From NCBI GenBank assembly GCA_963663385.2, contig CAXXXD010000002.1, positions 1,472,001 to 1,536,000 on the forward strand: a stretch of 64,000 bases of DNA. Reading direction: 5' to 3'. Of the stretch, positions 19,144 to 31,760 are shown piece by piece (the stretch's first letter is position 1; every line of letters starts with the position of its first letter). The notes beneath the pieces are model-generated. The model made no database searches. It was not told the DNA's origin and was given only the letters and a program-made list of their open reading frames with translations. The position numbers and the translations under genes were made by a program. The DNA comes from Oceanispirochaeta sp. Its GTDB lineage: Bacteria; Spirochaetota; Spirochaetia; DSM-2461.

Positions 19144-20214
19144 ATGAAACAGAATATTATTTTAAAGGCAGAAGACCTGAATGGTTATCTGACGGAAGAA
19201 GATCATAATAATATTGCAAGAATGAATGAGTACTACTCGGAAGCTATGGTGTCGTATAAGGCCCTTTCAGCCGCCGAGGGAAACTCTGCGGTAATTAAAA
19301 AAGAAACCGATAAGATTATTAAAATGTATGAGATTATGGGTGATTTCATGAAAGAGATTACCTCTAAAGAGGATGCTATTCGTGTCTACTCTTTTGAGAC
19401 TCCTCAGTTAAAGCATGGAGAGGTTTCCCGTTTGATTGCAAAACTGCGTGATATCCGTACGCCCCATGATGAGTTTGTCTACTATGTTCAACGCGCTTAC
19501 GAGCTTCTTTTTAATCTAGCCTACGATGGCGGAGAATCCAACCGGAAGAATCATCTGATTGTAAAAACACCTGTTACAATGCCTGTTCAGAATTACGCTG
19601 TACATAAGATACCTGATGTGGATGAGGCAATTGCCGACTCGGTAATGTGTGTTATGCTCCGGGGGGCTTTGCTCCCCTCTATGATTCTCAGCAAGGAGAT
19701 ACAGGAGTATTCATCAACCGGTTATGTCACACCCTTTGCTCTTTTCAAGATTAAAAGGGATGATTCAAGGATGAAGCATAATATGGAATATGTTCTGGAT
19801 CTTGAGAAATCTTTTTTTGATCCGGCTGATCTGGATGGGAAGAATCTTATTTTTGCAGATCCCATGAATGCAACCGGAGGAAGTCTGGTAACCATAGTTA
19901 AGTATATATTGAGCCTCGGAGTTAAACCGAAGTCTATTCGATTCCTTAATGTGATCTCCGCATTGAAGGGGACATTGCAGATCATCCGTTCCATTGAAGG
20001 GATAACCTGCTATACCCTGTGGATGGACCCTGTACTGAATGACGCCGCTTATATCCTTCCCGGGTTGGGGGATGCGGGAGATCGCCTGAATGGAGCGGAT
20101 CATGATGATTATCCCAGGAATATGATTCAGCTGATTGCCGATTACGGAGCAAACCTTGCCAACTTGTACAGATCTCAGGTCCGGACGATTGAACAGACTA
20201 TTCTGGGGCATTAA
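19144..20214 (+). CDS. upp: Uracil phosphoribosyltransferase, long form with N-terminal extension
   Basis: LRGA, PRPP motif ADPMNATGGS, YILPGLGDAGDRL. Confidence 0.85.
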   Translation: MKQNIILKAEDLNGYLTEEDHNNIARMNEYYSEAMVSYKALSAAEGNSAVIKKETDKIIKMYEIMGDFMKEITSKEDAIRVYSFETPQLKHGEVSRLIAKLRDIRTPHDEFVYYVQRAYELLFNLAYDGGESNRKNHLIVKTPVTMPVQNYAVHKIPDVDEAIADSVMCVMLRGALLPSMILSKEIQEYSSTGYVTPFALFKIKRDDSRMKHNMEYVLDLEKSFFDPADLDGKNLIFADPMNATGGSLVTIVKYILSLGVKPKSIRFLNVISALKGTLQIIRSIEGITCYTLWMDPVLNDAAYILPGLGDAGDRLNGADHDDYPRNMIQLIADYGANLANLYRSQVRTIEQTILGH

Positions 20215-21214
20215 TTTTTTTCTATTATCCCTGTTATTGATCTCCTGCCAGAGTTCTCCTGTAAGGGAAGAGCTGGCCAGGGATTATTATAATATCGGGA
20301 ATGCCTATTTTGATCTGGGAGAGTACGAAAAGGCTGTCGAGTACTACGATCGTTCTCTGGAGCTGGACCCCGGGATTAATCAGGCGGTTTTTAACCTTGC
20401 CAGGACGAATATCGAGACAGGGCGGTATAAAAAATCCTTAAAACTGCTTTCTCAGCTGGAATTAAAGGATCCTGAAAATATTATGGTTCTGGAGATGAAG
20501 GCTTTTACCTATTATAAAATGGAAGAAATAGACCTCGCTTCCGAGTATTACAGAAAAATCCTGGATATTAATCTGTATAGTAAAAGAGCTTTGTACAATC
20601 TGAGTCTGATTGAGAAAGGGGAGGGACGTCTTGCCTCTTCCCGACTGTATCTGGAGCGTTTGCTGGAGCTGGATGATAAACAGGAGTATCGGATTCTACT
20701 TGCGGAGTTGGCGTTGGCGGAAGGTGATCAGGATGAGGCGATTGTTCTGTATGAGTCTTTGCTGCTTGAGGATGATACTCCGTACGAAGTATATGTTGCG
20801 TTAAAAGATCTTTATATAGATACTGAACAGTATTTCGGAGTTTCTGAGATGTTTGACCAGCTTCTTAATACGCCAGAGGGGCAGGAAGTCAGGAAGGACC
20901 TCTTTTTTGAGCGCTGCCGGATTGAGTTTTTGTACCTGGATGACATTATCAGTGCCCAGGAAAATCTGATTCAGGCTCTGGATCTTGGCTATGGACGGGA
21001 AGATAGAGCGTCGCTGGATCTTTTGCTTGAGGAAGTCGATACCGTCTTAAAGGATCAGATTGAAGGAATTATTGAAGAACACCTTCTGGAGCCAGAAGAA
21101 TCAAATGAGCCGGCTGTAGATAATAGCACGGAAGATAATCAGAATTCTGAAGATTCAGGAGTGACTGATGATCTGGAAGAAGAATCAGATCAGAATGTTG
21201 AGTCTGAACAGTAA
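20189..21214 (+). CDS. TPR lipoprotein with acidic tail
   Basis: Lipobox LLISC; TPR YYNIGNAYFDLGEYEKAVEYY; start codon uncertain (TTG 20189 chosen). Confidence 0.75.
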   Translation: MNRLFWGINFFLLSLLLISCQSSPVREELARDYYNIGNAYFDLGEYEKAVEYYDRSLELDPGINQAVFNLARTNIETGRYKKSLKLLSQLELKDPENIMVLEMKAFTYYKMEEIDLASEYYRKILDINLYSKRALYNLSLIEKGEGRLASSRLYLERLLELDDKQEYRILLAELALAEGDQDEAIVLYESLLLEDDTPYEVYVALKDLYIDTEQYFGVSEMFDQLLNTPEGQEVRKDLFFERCRIEFLYLDDIISAQENLIQALDLGYGREDRASLDLLLEEVDTVLKDQIEGIIEEHLLEPEESNEPAVDNSTEDNQNSEDSGVTDDLEEESDQNVESEQ

Positions 21215-21222
21215 TAGGGTAT

Positions 21223-21262
21223 AAAAAAAGCCTTCCGGGAACTATTCTCAGAAGGCTTTTTT
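21223..21262. terminator. Bidirectional terminator between convergent genes
   Basis: AAAAAAAGCCTTC...GAAGGCTTTTTT. Confidence 0.85.
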
Positions 21263-21286
21263 AGTTTTTTGATTTAAATAAAAGAA

Positions 21287-21913
21287 CTACTTCAGGATAT
21301 TTTTCAAATCCTTAAAAACATCTTCGGGTTTCTGGCTGCTGTCCACATCTATCAGGGCCCCTTCGTTCTGGTAGAATTCGATTAATGGCGCTGTTGATTT
21401 ATCATAAACTGATAAACGGTTTTTGATAGCCTCGATTTTGTCATCATCTCTGGTGTACAGTTCTCCGGAGCATTTATCGCATACCCCGTCTTTCCTGGGG
21501 GGGATGAATTCAATATGAAAACTTTCACCGCAGGATCTGCAAACCCTTCTTCCTGATAATCTTCTGATAACTTCATCTTCGGGGATGGTAAAATTTACGA
21601 CTTTATCAATTGAAGTAAATTCCTTCAGGGATTCAGCCTGAGGTATGGTACGGGGAAATCCGTCCAGGATATAACCGTTTTTTGTGTCATCCTGCTCAAG
21701 TCTTTCTCTAACCATCGCAGTGGTAAGCTCATCAGGCACAAGGTCTCCCTTGTCGAGAATACTTTTTACCTGTTTGCCAAGTTCTGTCTGATTTTTAATG
21801 GCTGCTCTGAAAAGATCACCGGTAGATATATGAGGAATACTGTAATGTTCTTTAGCCTTAAAAGCCATAGTACCTTTTCCCGCCCCGGGAGGTCCTAAAA
21901 AAATCAAATTCAT
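21287..21913 (-). CDS. adk: Adenylate kinase (zinc-LID type)
   Basis: GPPGAGKGT, HISTGDLFR, LDGFPRT, CRSC...CDKC. Confidence 0.97.
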   Translation of the reverse strand: MNLIFLGPPGAGKGTMAFKAKEHYSIPHISTGDLFRAAIKNQTELGKQVKSILDKGDLVPDELTTAMVRERLEQDDTKNGYILDGFPRTIPQAESLKEFTSIDKVVNFTIPEDEVIRRLSGRRVCRSCGESFHIEFIPPRKDGVCDKCSGELYTRDDDKIEAIKNRLSVYDKSTAPLIEFYQNEGALIDVDSSQKPEDVFKDLKNILK

Positions 21914-22140
21914 TCTTTCACCTCTTCTTCTGTATTTGTGTAAGTATTATGACATGCTCTGGAACAAAAACCTTGAGTGAATTCTGTATCCAGAGAATAG
22001 TATCGGCCGCAGCTTTTACAGCATCCGTATTGATCGGCACAATCTTCGGAACAGTAGGCTCCATTGATCATTACTACTTCGGGGCAGTATTTTCCGCAAT
22101 TGACACACTTCTTGTAACTCTTGGATTCTGTTTCAGACAT
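21910..22140 (-). CDS. Small Cys-rich protein with two TRASH/MYM-like metal fingers
   Basis: CVNC...YCSEDC and CKSC...FCSRAC; 4-nt overlap with the adk start. Confidence 0.65.
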   Translation of the reverse strand: MSETESKSYKKCVNCGKYCPEVVMINGAYCSEDCADQYGCCKSCGRYYSLDTEFTQGFCSRACHNTYTNTEEEVKE

Positions 22141-22251
22141 AGATAAAATAATATCCAAATAAAATTGTCCGGTCAATAATATCCTTATTGTCTGTTATGA
22201 AAAGATTTAACACTGATCTGTCTTTTTTAAAGGTTTTTTTATAATATTCGG

Positions 22252-22338
22252 TTGACAAAAAAGCGCGATAAGTTATATATTCACGGAGCACTCGGGGCGA
22301 TAAGCTGCGAACCGCACAGAACTAAATGTTCTTTTACA
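22252..22338 (+). promoter_or_regulatory. rrn promoter and boxA-like antiterminator
   Basis: TTGACA (22252) and TATATT (22276); TGTTCTTTTACA at 22327 resembles boxA. Confidence 0.7.
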
Positions 22339-22340
22339 AA

Positions 22341-22382
22341 GGAATTAGAGAAGGGAAATTGAAGTATTTGACGAGAGTCAAG
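22341..22382 (+). repeat. 5' arm of the pre-16S processing stem (pairs with about 24256-24298)
   Basis: GGGAAATTGAAGTATTTGACGAGAGTCAAG is complementary to CTTGATTCTCGTCAACTACTTCTAATTTCCC in the ITS. Confidence 0.75.
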
Positions 22383-22601
22383 ACTGCTGCGTACCGGAGG
22401 CCCGAAGGGCTGAGGAACGCAGTAACTGGTAGAAATGTTCAAATCCTGAAACTTTACGGTTGAGGGGTTTGTCCTAGACGTTAGTTTTCTTTAGAGATAA
22501 AGGGACTGACTTTCGCTTTCAGCTGTTCAGGATGATTACATCCGCTTTGCAATGGCTGAGGGTTTTGGTAGAAAGTTATCCACCTTGTGTGGATAAATTA
22601 T

Positions 22602-24143
<1,542 letters not shown>

Positions 24144-24340
24144 AGCGTGAAAGGTATAAGTCTTGAGGTTTGTACGCCTTGAGCAGTGAGTCACTATTTA
24201 TAGTGCCTATCAGTAGTTACGTTCCTCGGTCTTTGACCTGTGGTACGTAACTTGCTTGATTCTCGTCAACTACTTCTAATTTCCCGTCAGATAATTCCTT
24301 AAAGGGCTTTAGGCGATTTGAGTTTAAGGCCAAACAATTA

Positions 24341-24414
<74 letters not shown>

Positions 24415-24548
24415 TAAAATTAAGTTTGTATCTTGAACAGGATCAAACTTTTTTTACGCCGAATTGCTTGCAGTGAGGCGGGAGATGCGGGAGGCTTTAC
24501 TCTTGCGGATCTTTGAAAAGGTAATAGCGAAGGGATAAATAATAATAT

Positions 24549-27473
<2,925 letters not shown>

Positions 27474-27583
27474 TATTATTATTTATCTCTTCAGTTTTAT
27501 ATAAATTGCAATCGCTTTGGAAGCTAGGAATACTTCTGGAGAGTGAATGCTTCTTGTCAGGGTAAGACTTGATAAGATTATTA

Positions 27584-27692
<109 letters not shown>

Positions 27693-27697
27693 TATTT

Positions 27698-27730
27698 GCC
27701 CCTTGTCTTAGGATGAGGGGCTTTTTCTTT
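27698..27730 (+). terminator. rrn terminator
   Basis: GCCCCTTGTC-ttag-GATGAGGGGC followed by a T-rich tail. Confidence 0.85.
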
Positions 27731-27762
27731 TATAACCGGTTGCGACGACCTTTTTATTAAAA

Positions 27763-29394
27763 TTATAACTCTGAAAAGCAGTCCCCCTGACAGAATCCTT
27801 CCTCATGAAGGGGGCAGTTCCTGCAGATATCAAATACCGGTCTCTGAATAAGGTTATTTAGCGTAGAGTAATAGTTTCCCGGTAAATTGTCCGCCCCTGA
27901 ATATTCCTTGAATCGGTATGTATCTTTTGTTAATGCTTCGCAGGGACTGTAAGTCCCATCGGGATTAAGATTAAAATGAGAAGTAAAATCGTTCCTGTCC
28001 AGATTGCAGATATTGTTTAGATGAGTGTTCCGGAGCAGGTACTTTGATGATTCATTGTCAAAGAGGCAAAGCGGTATAGGGTTTGATATGATGATTTTAT
28101 GTCTTCTGAATTCATATCTGCTTTTTAAATGTTTAACAATAGAGAGAAGATAATCCGCATAGGTTTTAATGGTTTGTTCCGACTTAACTTTATTACAGCG
28201 GGATAATGAGGCTGACAGGCTGATAACCGGATATTGAACTATATCAATATACTTGTTAAGGAAATCCCAGCTCTCATTTTCAGTAAAAGAAACATCATAT
28301 CGCAGAACAATCTGTTTAGAGCAGGTTGTTGCTTTCAGGATATTCTGTGTTATCTGGCGGATCTGCTGTTCTGATTTCAGATTTCTATCTTCAAATAGCT
28401 GAATCACAATTTTTTTCAGATCTTCGAATCTGATAATCTGTGACCAGATATTTTCATGAAATTGCGCCGTTGATGTTATGGTTGTCTGTAGATTGAATCG
28501 TGCTGTTTCAGACAGATAATTCAGGCAGTGGGGTAAAAGGTTTTCCAGACCAGACAGGTTCAGGGTTTTCTTTTCTTTTTCTGATGCGGTAATATTTAAA
28601 ATATCTTCAAACTTTTCCCAATTTATCTGCAGATCCGGAGCTGACGTGTCTTTTTTCCGGTTGGTGCAGTGAAAGCAGCTCATCGGGCCTGAATCCCGTA
28701 AATTAATGGAAACCTGGGTTGAAACCGATTCAAAGATCTTCTCCCGTTCTGCCCTGAATGTTTCATATAGTTTGAATTTCCCTTCTTTGAAAACTATTGT
28801 GCTGTCCAGATTTTCAATTCCCGGAAAATATGCCAGAGACAGGTAATGCTGCAAAAAAAGTTCATCCGGAATGCTGGAGAGAAGGTTTGAAAGATTTCTG
28901 AGTCTAAGTTCTGACAAGAGATGCAGAAAGAGGCTGTTATTAAAATGCCGTATATCAGGGTGAAAATCCTTTTTTTCAACCAACTTCCTTTTCCTGAATG
29001 AGAAGGCGGGATCCATCATAAGGAGATCAAATGCTTTATCTCTGATTGATGGATCATGGTAGAAGAGGAGAGGCAGTATATTTTCGGTTTGATTAAAATC
29101 AAAGTTGTTTTTCTGAAGATCCAGTAAACCTTTGAGGATAAAATCATTTGAAGACTGATTACCTCTGCTTAATTCAGGATTGACTTTATGGCCGGACTCT
29201 CCTGCAGTTGACTCATTCTCCACTTCCTGTTCCATTTGATTAATATTGAATTCTTTACCGATGGATCTGATCTGATACCATATTTTTTTTATTTTACCCA
29301 TATAAAAACCCAGCTTTCTTAAATGGGCAACAGAGTTTTTAGGGTCCAGAAGAAGAATTATAAAAAGAATCAGTATAATCTCAATTAATACCAT
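27763..29394 (-). CDS. TatB-like membrane anchor fused to a HEAT-like segment and a degenerate radical SAM/SPASM domain
   Basis: N-term EIILILFIILLLDPKNSVAHLRKLGFYMGKIKKIW (TM, Pro hinge, amphipathic helix); GPMSCFHC in place of CxxxCxxC; C-term PIPLC...NPDGTYSPC...CRNC-x7-CQGDC. Confidence 0.65.
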   Translation of the reverse strand: MVLIEIILILFIILLLDPKNSVAHLRKLGFYMGKIKKIWYQIRSIGKEFNINQMEQEVENESTAGESGHKVNPELSRGNQSSNDFILKGLLDLQKNNFDFNQTENILPLLFYHDPSIRDKAFDLLMMDPAFSFRKRKLVEKKDFHPDIRHFNNSLFLHLLSELRLRNLSNLLSSIPDELFLQHYLSLAYFPGIENLDSTIVFKEGKFKLYETFRAEREKIFESVSTQVSINLRDSGPMSCFHCTNRKKDTSAPDLQINWEKFEDILNITASEKEKKTLNLSGLENLLPHCLNYLSETARFNLQTTITSTAQFHENIWSQIIRFEDLKKIVIQLFEDRNLKSEQQIRQITQNILKATTCSKQIVLRYDVSFTENESWDFLNKYIDIVQYPVISLSASLSRCNKVKSEQTIKTYADYLLSIVKHLKSRYEFRRHKIIISNPIPLCLFDNESSKYLLRNTHLNNICNLDRNDFTSHFNLNPDGTYSPCEALTKDTYRFKEYSGADNLPGNYYSTLNNLIQRPVFDICRNCPLHEEGFCQGDCFSEL

Positions 29395-29395
29395 A

Positions 29396-30091
29396 TCAGC
29401 CCCATTTCAGGAGTTTTGCAGCAGCAAGACAGAGGAGATACAGGATGAACAGGGGGATCGCTACAATAAACTGGGATAGTAGGTCCTGAGTCATGACAGC
29501 CGAAATCAACAGGGCTACGGGAATAAAATAGGGAATGAATTTAATAAGTCTGGCTCTTTTCAGAATTCGGAATCTGAGCAGTATCAGGGTAATTACCGGA
29601 AACTGGAGCGCTACACAGAAGGCCAGGGTGAATTTGAAATAGAAGCTGATGAATTCATTATAGGAAAAAATCTTGGTCAGACTATCCGGAATAAATGCTT
29701 TAGATTCCAGAAAATAGATTGTTATGGGGAGAAAAATTCTTACAGCGTAAATGGCTGTACAGTAGAGAATTAGACTTAACAGAAAAAGAGTTGAAAAAGT
29801 TGTTTTCTCTTTTTTTTCCAGAGCCGGGAGGATAAAAAGAAGAATATTAAACAGGAAAACAGGAAGAGACAATAGCAGTCCTATATACAGTGAAACCTGG
29901 ATCCTGATAGTGAAGCCTTCATAGACTTTCATTACATGAAAATCTATTTGAAAGGTGCTGTTCAGATATCCTATAAAACGAGGGAAAAGAATGTAGGCGC
30001 TTATTGAAAAAATTATGAAAAAAACTAACGCAATTATCAGTTTCGTCCGTAACTCAATGAGGTGTTGTGTAAATGTGAGGTTTTTTTCCAT
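29396..30091 (-). CDS. tatC: Twin-arginine translocase subunit TatC
   Basis: TFTQHLIELRTKL, YEGF, FILPALEKKEK, QFPV; about six hydrophobic segments. Confidence 0.9.
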   Translation of the reverse strand: MEKNLTFTQHLIELRTKLIIALVFFIIFSISAYILFPRFIGYLNSTFQIDFHVMKVYEGFTIRIQVSLYIGLLLSLPVFLFNILLFILPALEKKEKTTFSTLFLLSLILYCTAIYAVRIFLPITIYFLESKAFIPDSLTKIFSYNEFISFYFKFTLAFCVALQFPVITLILLRFRILKRARLIKFIPYFIPVALLISAVMTQDLLSQFIVAIPLFILYLLCLAAAKLLKWG

Positions 30092-30298
30092 TTAATGGTT
30101 ATTGGAATCGGAATCGGATGGGTCATCATCCGGTTTTGAAGATTTCTCTTCACTCTCTTCTTTCATTCCGCTTTTAAGACCTTTCTTGAATTCTACCAGC
30201 CCTTCACCGATTGAGCGGCCCAGTTTCGGCAGCTTGGATGAACCGAAAATGAGTAATATGGCACCGCCAACTACAAGTATTTCTACAAGACTGATCAT
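30092..30298 (-). CDS. tatA: Twin-arginine translocase subunit TatA
   Basis: EILVV...LLIFGSSKLPKLGRSIGEGLVEFKKG; RBS GAGG. Confidence 0.93.
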   Translation of the reverse strand: MISLVEILVVGGAILLIFGSSKLPKLGRSIGEGLVEFKKGLKSGMKEESEEKSSKPDDDPSDSDSNNH

Positions 30299-30331
30299 GA
30301 GATACCTCTTTTATTAAAGCAAAGTTATTAC

Positions 30332-30595
30332 CTATTTAGTCTGTCCGTAATAGTAGTAATAATAGTAATAATAATTATAGTAGTCGGAATAGTAGTAGTA
30401 ATTGTAATAATTAGAGTAGTAATAGTAGTAATTGTAATAGTTAGAGTAATTGTAATAATCAGAGTAAGTAAAAAGATCACAGCTGCTGACGACTACTGCT
30501 GTTCCGATACCAAGACCGATTTTTCCAATTCTTTCCAGAGCCTGTCTACGGGAGATAGTCGGTTTTTCTTTGCTTTCACCAGTATCAGTTCCCAT
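30332..30595 (-). CDS. 87-aa Tyr-rich precursor with Tat signal and lipobox (putative rSAM substrate)
   Basis: GGAG RBS before ATG 30595; SRRQAL; hydrophobic stretch IGLGIGTAVVV; VSS-C39; core YSDYYNYSNYYNYYYYYSNYYNYYYYSDYYNYYYYYYYYY then GQTK. Confidence 0.85.
   Translation of the reverse strand: MGTDTGESKEKPTISRRQALERIGKIGLGIGTAVVVSSCDLFTYSDYYNYSNYYNYYYYYSNYYNYYYYSDYYNYYYYYYYYYGQTK
30347..30466 (-). repeat. Coding low-complexity repeat: four YS[D/N]YYN units plus poly-Tyr runs
   Basis: 28 of 40 codons are Tyr with TAT and TAC interleaved; the only other residues are Ser, Asn and Asp. Confidence 0.9.
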
Positions 30596-30618
30596 TTTCT
30601 TCTCCAAAAAATGTTCTC

Positions 30619-30634
30619 TTATACTTAAGTATAA
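30619..30634. promoter_or_regulatory. Perfect 16-bp palindrome upstream of the precursor gene
   Basis: TTATACTTAAGTATAA is its own reverse complement. Confidence 0.45.
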
Positions 30635-30653
30635 ATTCAATAATATCATATAT

Positions 30654-31760
30654 CTACTCATTCGGAAACATTTCTATTCGATTCCCGGTTAAAGGCTCGA
30701 TATACTGTGTCATCAGTCTTTGCACTATTTCACAGGCTTCTCCCCGTTTCATAATATCCCCCTTCAAAGCCAGTGTATCGATAGGGCATCCTCCATGACA
30801 CATCCCCCAGAAACGGCAGTATTTGCAGTCAGTCTGTTTCAGAACAATTTGCCGTTTATTTATGATATCTCTTTTACTGTGTTCCAAGGCCGCTCTGATA
30901 CCGGTATTCCGGATATTTCCATAATCTGCCAGGTTTTCATCTCCTGCTTTTCCGCATTGGGAAAGCTTTCCCGTTGGACCTATGTAGAGCCAGTGGTTGG
31001 CGCAATTACCGGCATAATCACATAGAAGTCCACCTTTGCCATTTATAAACCTGATAAACATATCAATTGGACGAAGACCTTCATACTTTTCCGGATTTGC
31101 CAGGTAGATCGGCACCAGCTTTCCAAGGAAGTCGGCATACTCTTCGGGCGTAATATTTATATTGAAGGGATCATCCCCGTAAATGTAAATTTTATTAAAG
31201 GCTGGAGTTGTCTTAGTGTTTATATTTTTCAGGTGGTTAAGTATTCCTACCGGATTTTCAAGGGATCTTCTATGAACGACATATATAACCCCCCAGCTCA
31301 GGTTGTTCCGTTCAGCCAGTTCCGTTCCCTTGAAAAAAAGCTCCTTATAGATCTTTGAATCCCTTTTTTCTCCTATTCCCCGAATACCTTCTATGGGGTC
31401 GTAACTTGAACCTATCATATCAATCTTCAACTCTTTAAATACATCAACTAATTCCTGTGTCAAGCAAGTCATATTTGATTGGATCAGATGCCGGATTCTG
31501 TTTTCAGTCTCTCTGCAATAGGTTCTCTGGTATTCCAGTGCCTTTCTGAAATAGTCAGGACCAAGAAGGCAGGGTTCTCCTCCATGCCAGGTCAGCTGTA
31601 TGGATTCATCCGGGAATTCCTTTAAATAGTCATTCATACGTTTAAACACTGTTTCCAGTATTTCGAAAGTCATTATTTTTTCCTGATGCTTTTTTATAAC
31701 ACCGCAGTAAAGACAGTTGGAATTGCAGAGTTCAATGGGTTTGAAAATTATAACTGCCAT
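30654..31760 (-). CDS. Radical SAM/SPASM enzyme, anSME-like (putative peptide maturase)
   Basis: KPIELCNSNCLYC; TWHGGEP; SPASM Cx5C-x15-C...GNI...CKYC-x5-CHGGCP...C. Confidence 0.9.
   Translation of the reverse strand: MAVIIFKPIELCNSNCLYCGVIKKHQEKIMTFEILETVFKRMNDYLKEFPDESIQLTWHGGEPCLLGPDYFRKALEYQRTYCRETENRIRHLIQSNMTCLTQELVDVFKELKIDMIGSSYDPIEGIRGIGEKRDSKIYKELFFKGTELAERNNLSWGVIYVVHRRSLENPVGILNHLKNINTKTTPAFNKIYIYGDDPFNINITPEEYADFLGKLVPIYLANPEKYEGLRPIDMFIRFINGKGGLLCDYAGNCANHWLYIGPTGKLSQCGKAGDENLADYGNIRNTGIRAALEHSKRDIINKRQIVLKQTDCKYCRFWGMCHGGCPIDTLALKGDIMKRGEACEIVQRLMTQYIEPLTGNRIEMFPNE

Noticed and set aside
30347..30466. (GTA/ATA)n repeat as a microsatellite, CRISPR array or assembly artefact
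   Set aside because: It stays in frame behind a Tat/lipobox signal, mixes synonymous Tyr codons, and has no repeat-spacer structure or cas genes.
30332..30595. Poly-Tyr ORF as a tyrosine attenuator leader peptide
   Set aside because: It is mid-operon, carries export signals, precedes tat genes rather than biosynthetic genes, and has no attenuator hairpin in the 33-nt gap that follows.
30596..30661. The 109-aa version of the precursor ORF starting at 30661
   Set aside because: That ATG lies inside the upstream rSAM gene. ATG 30595 has a GGAG RBS and places the RR motif at residues 16-17, typical of a Tat signal.
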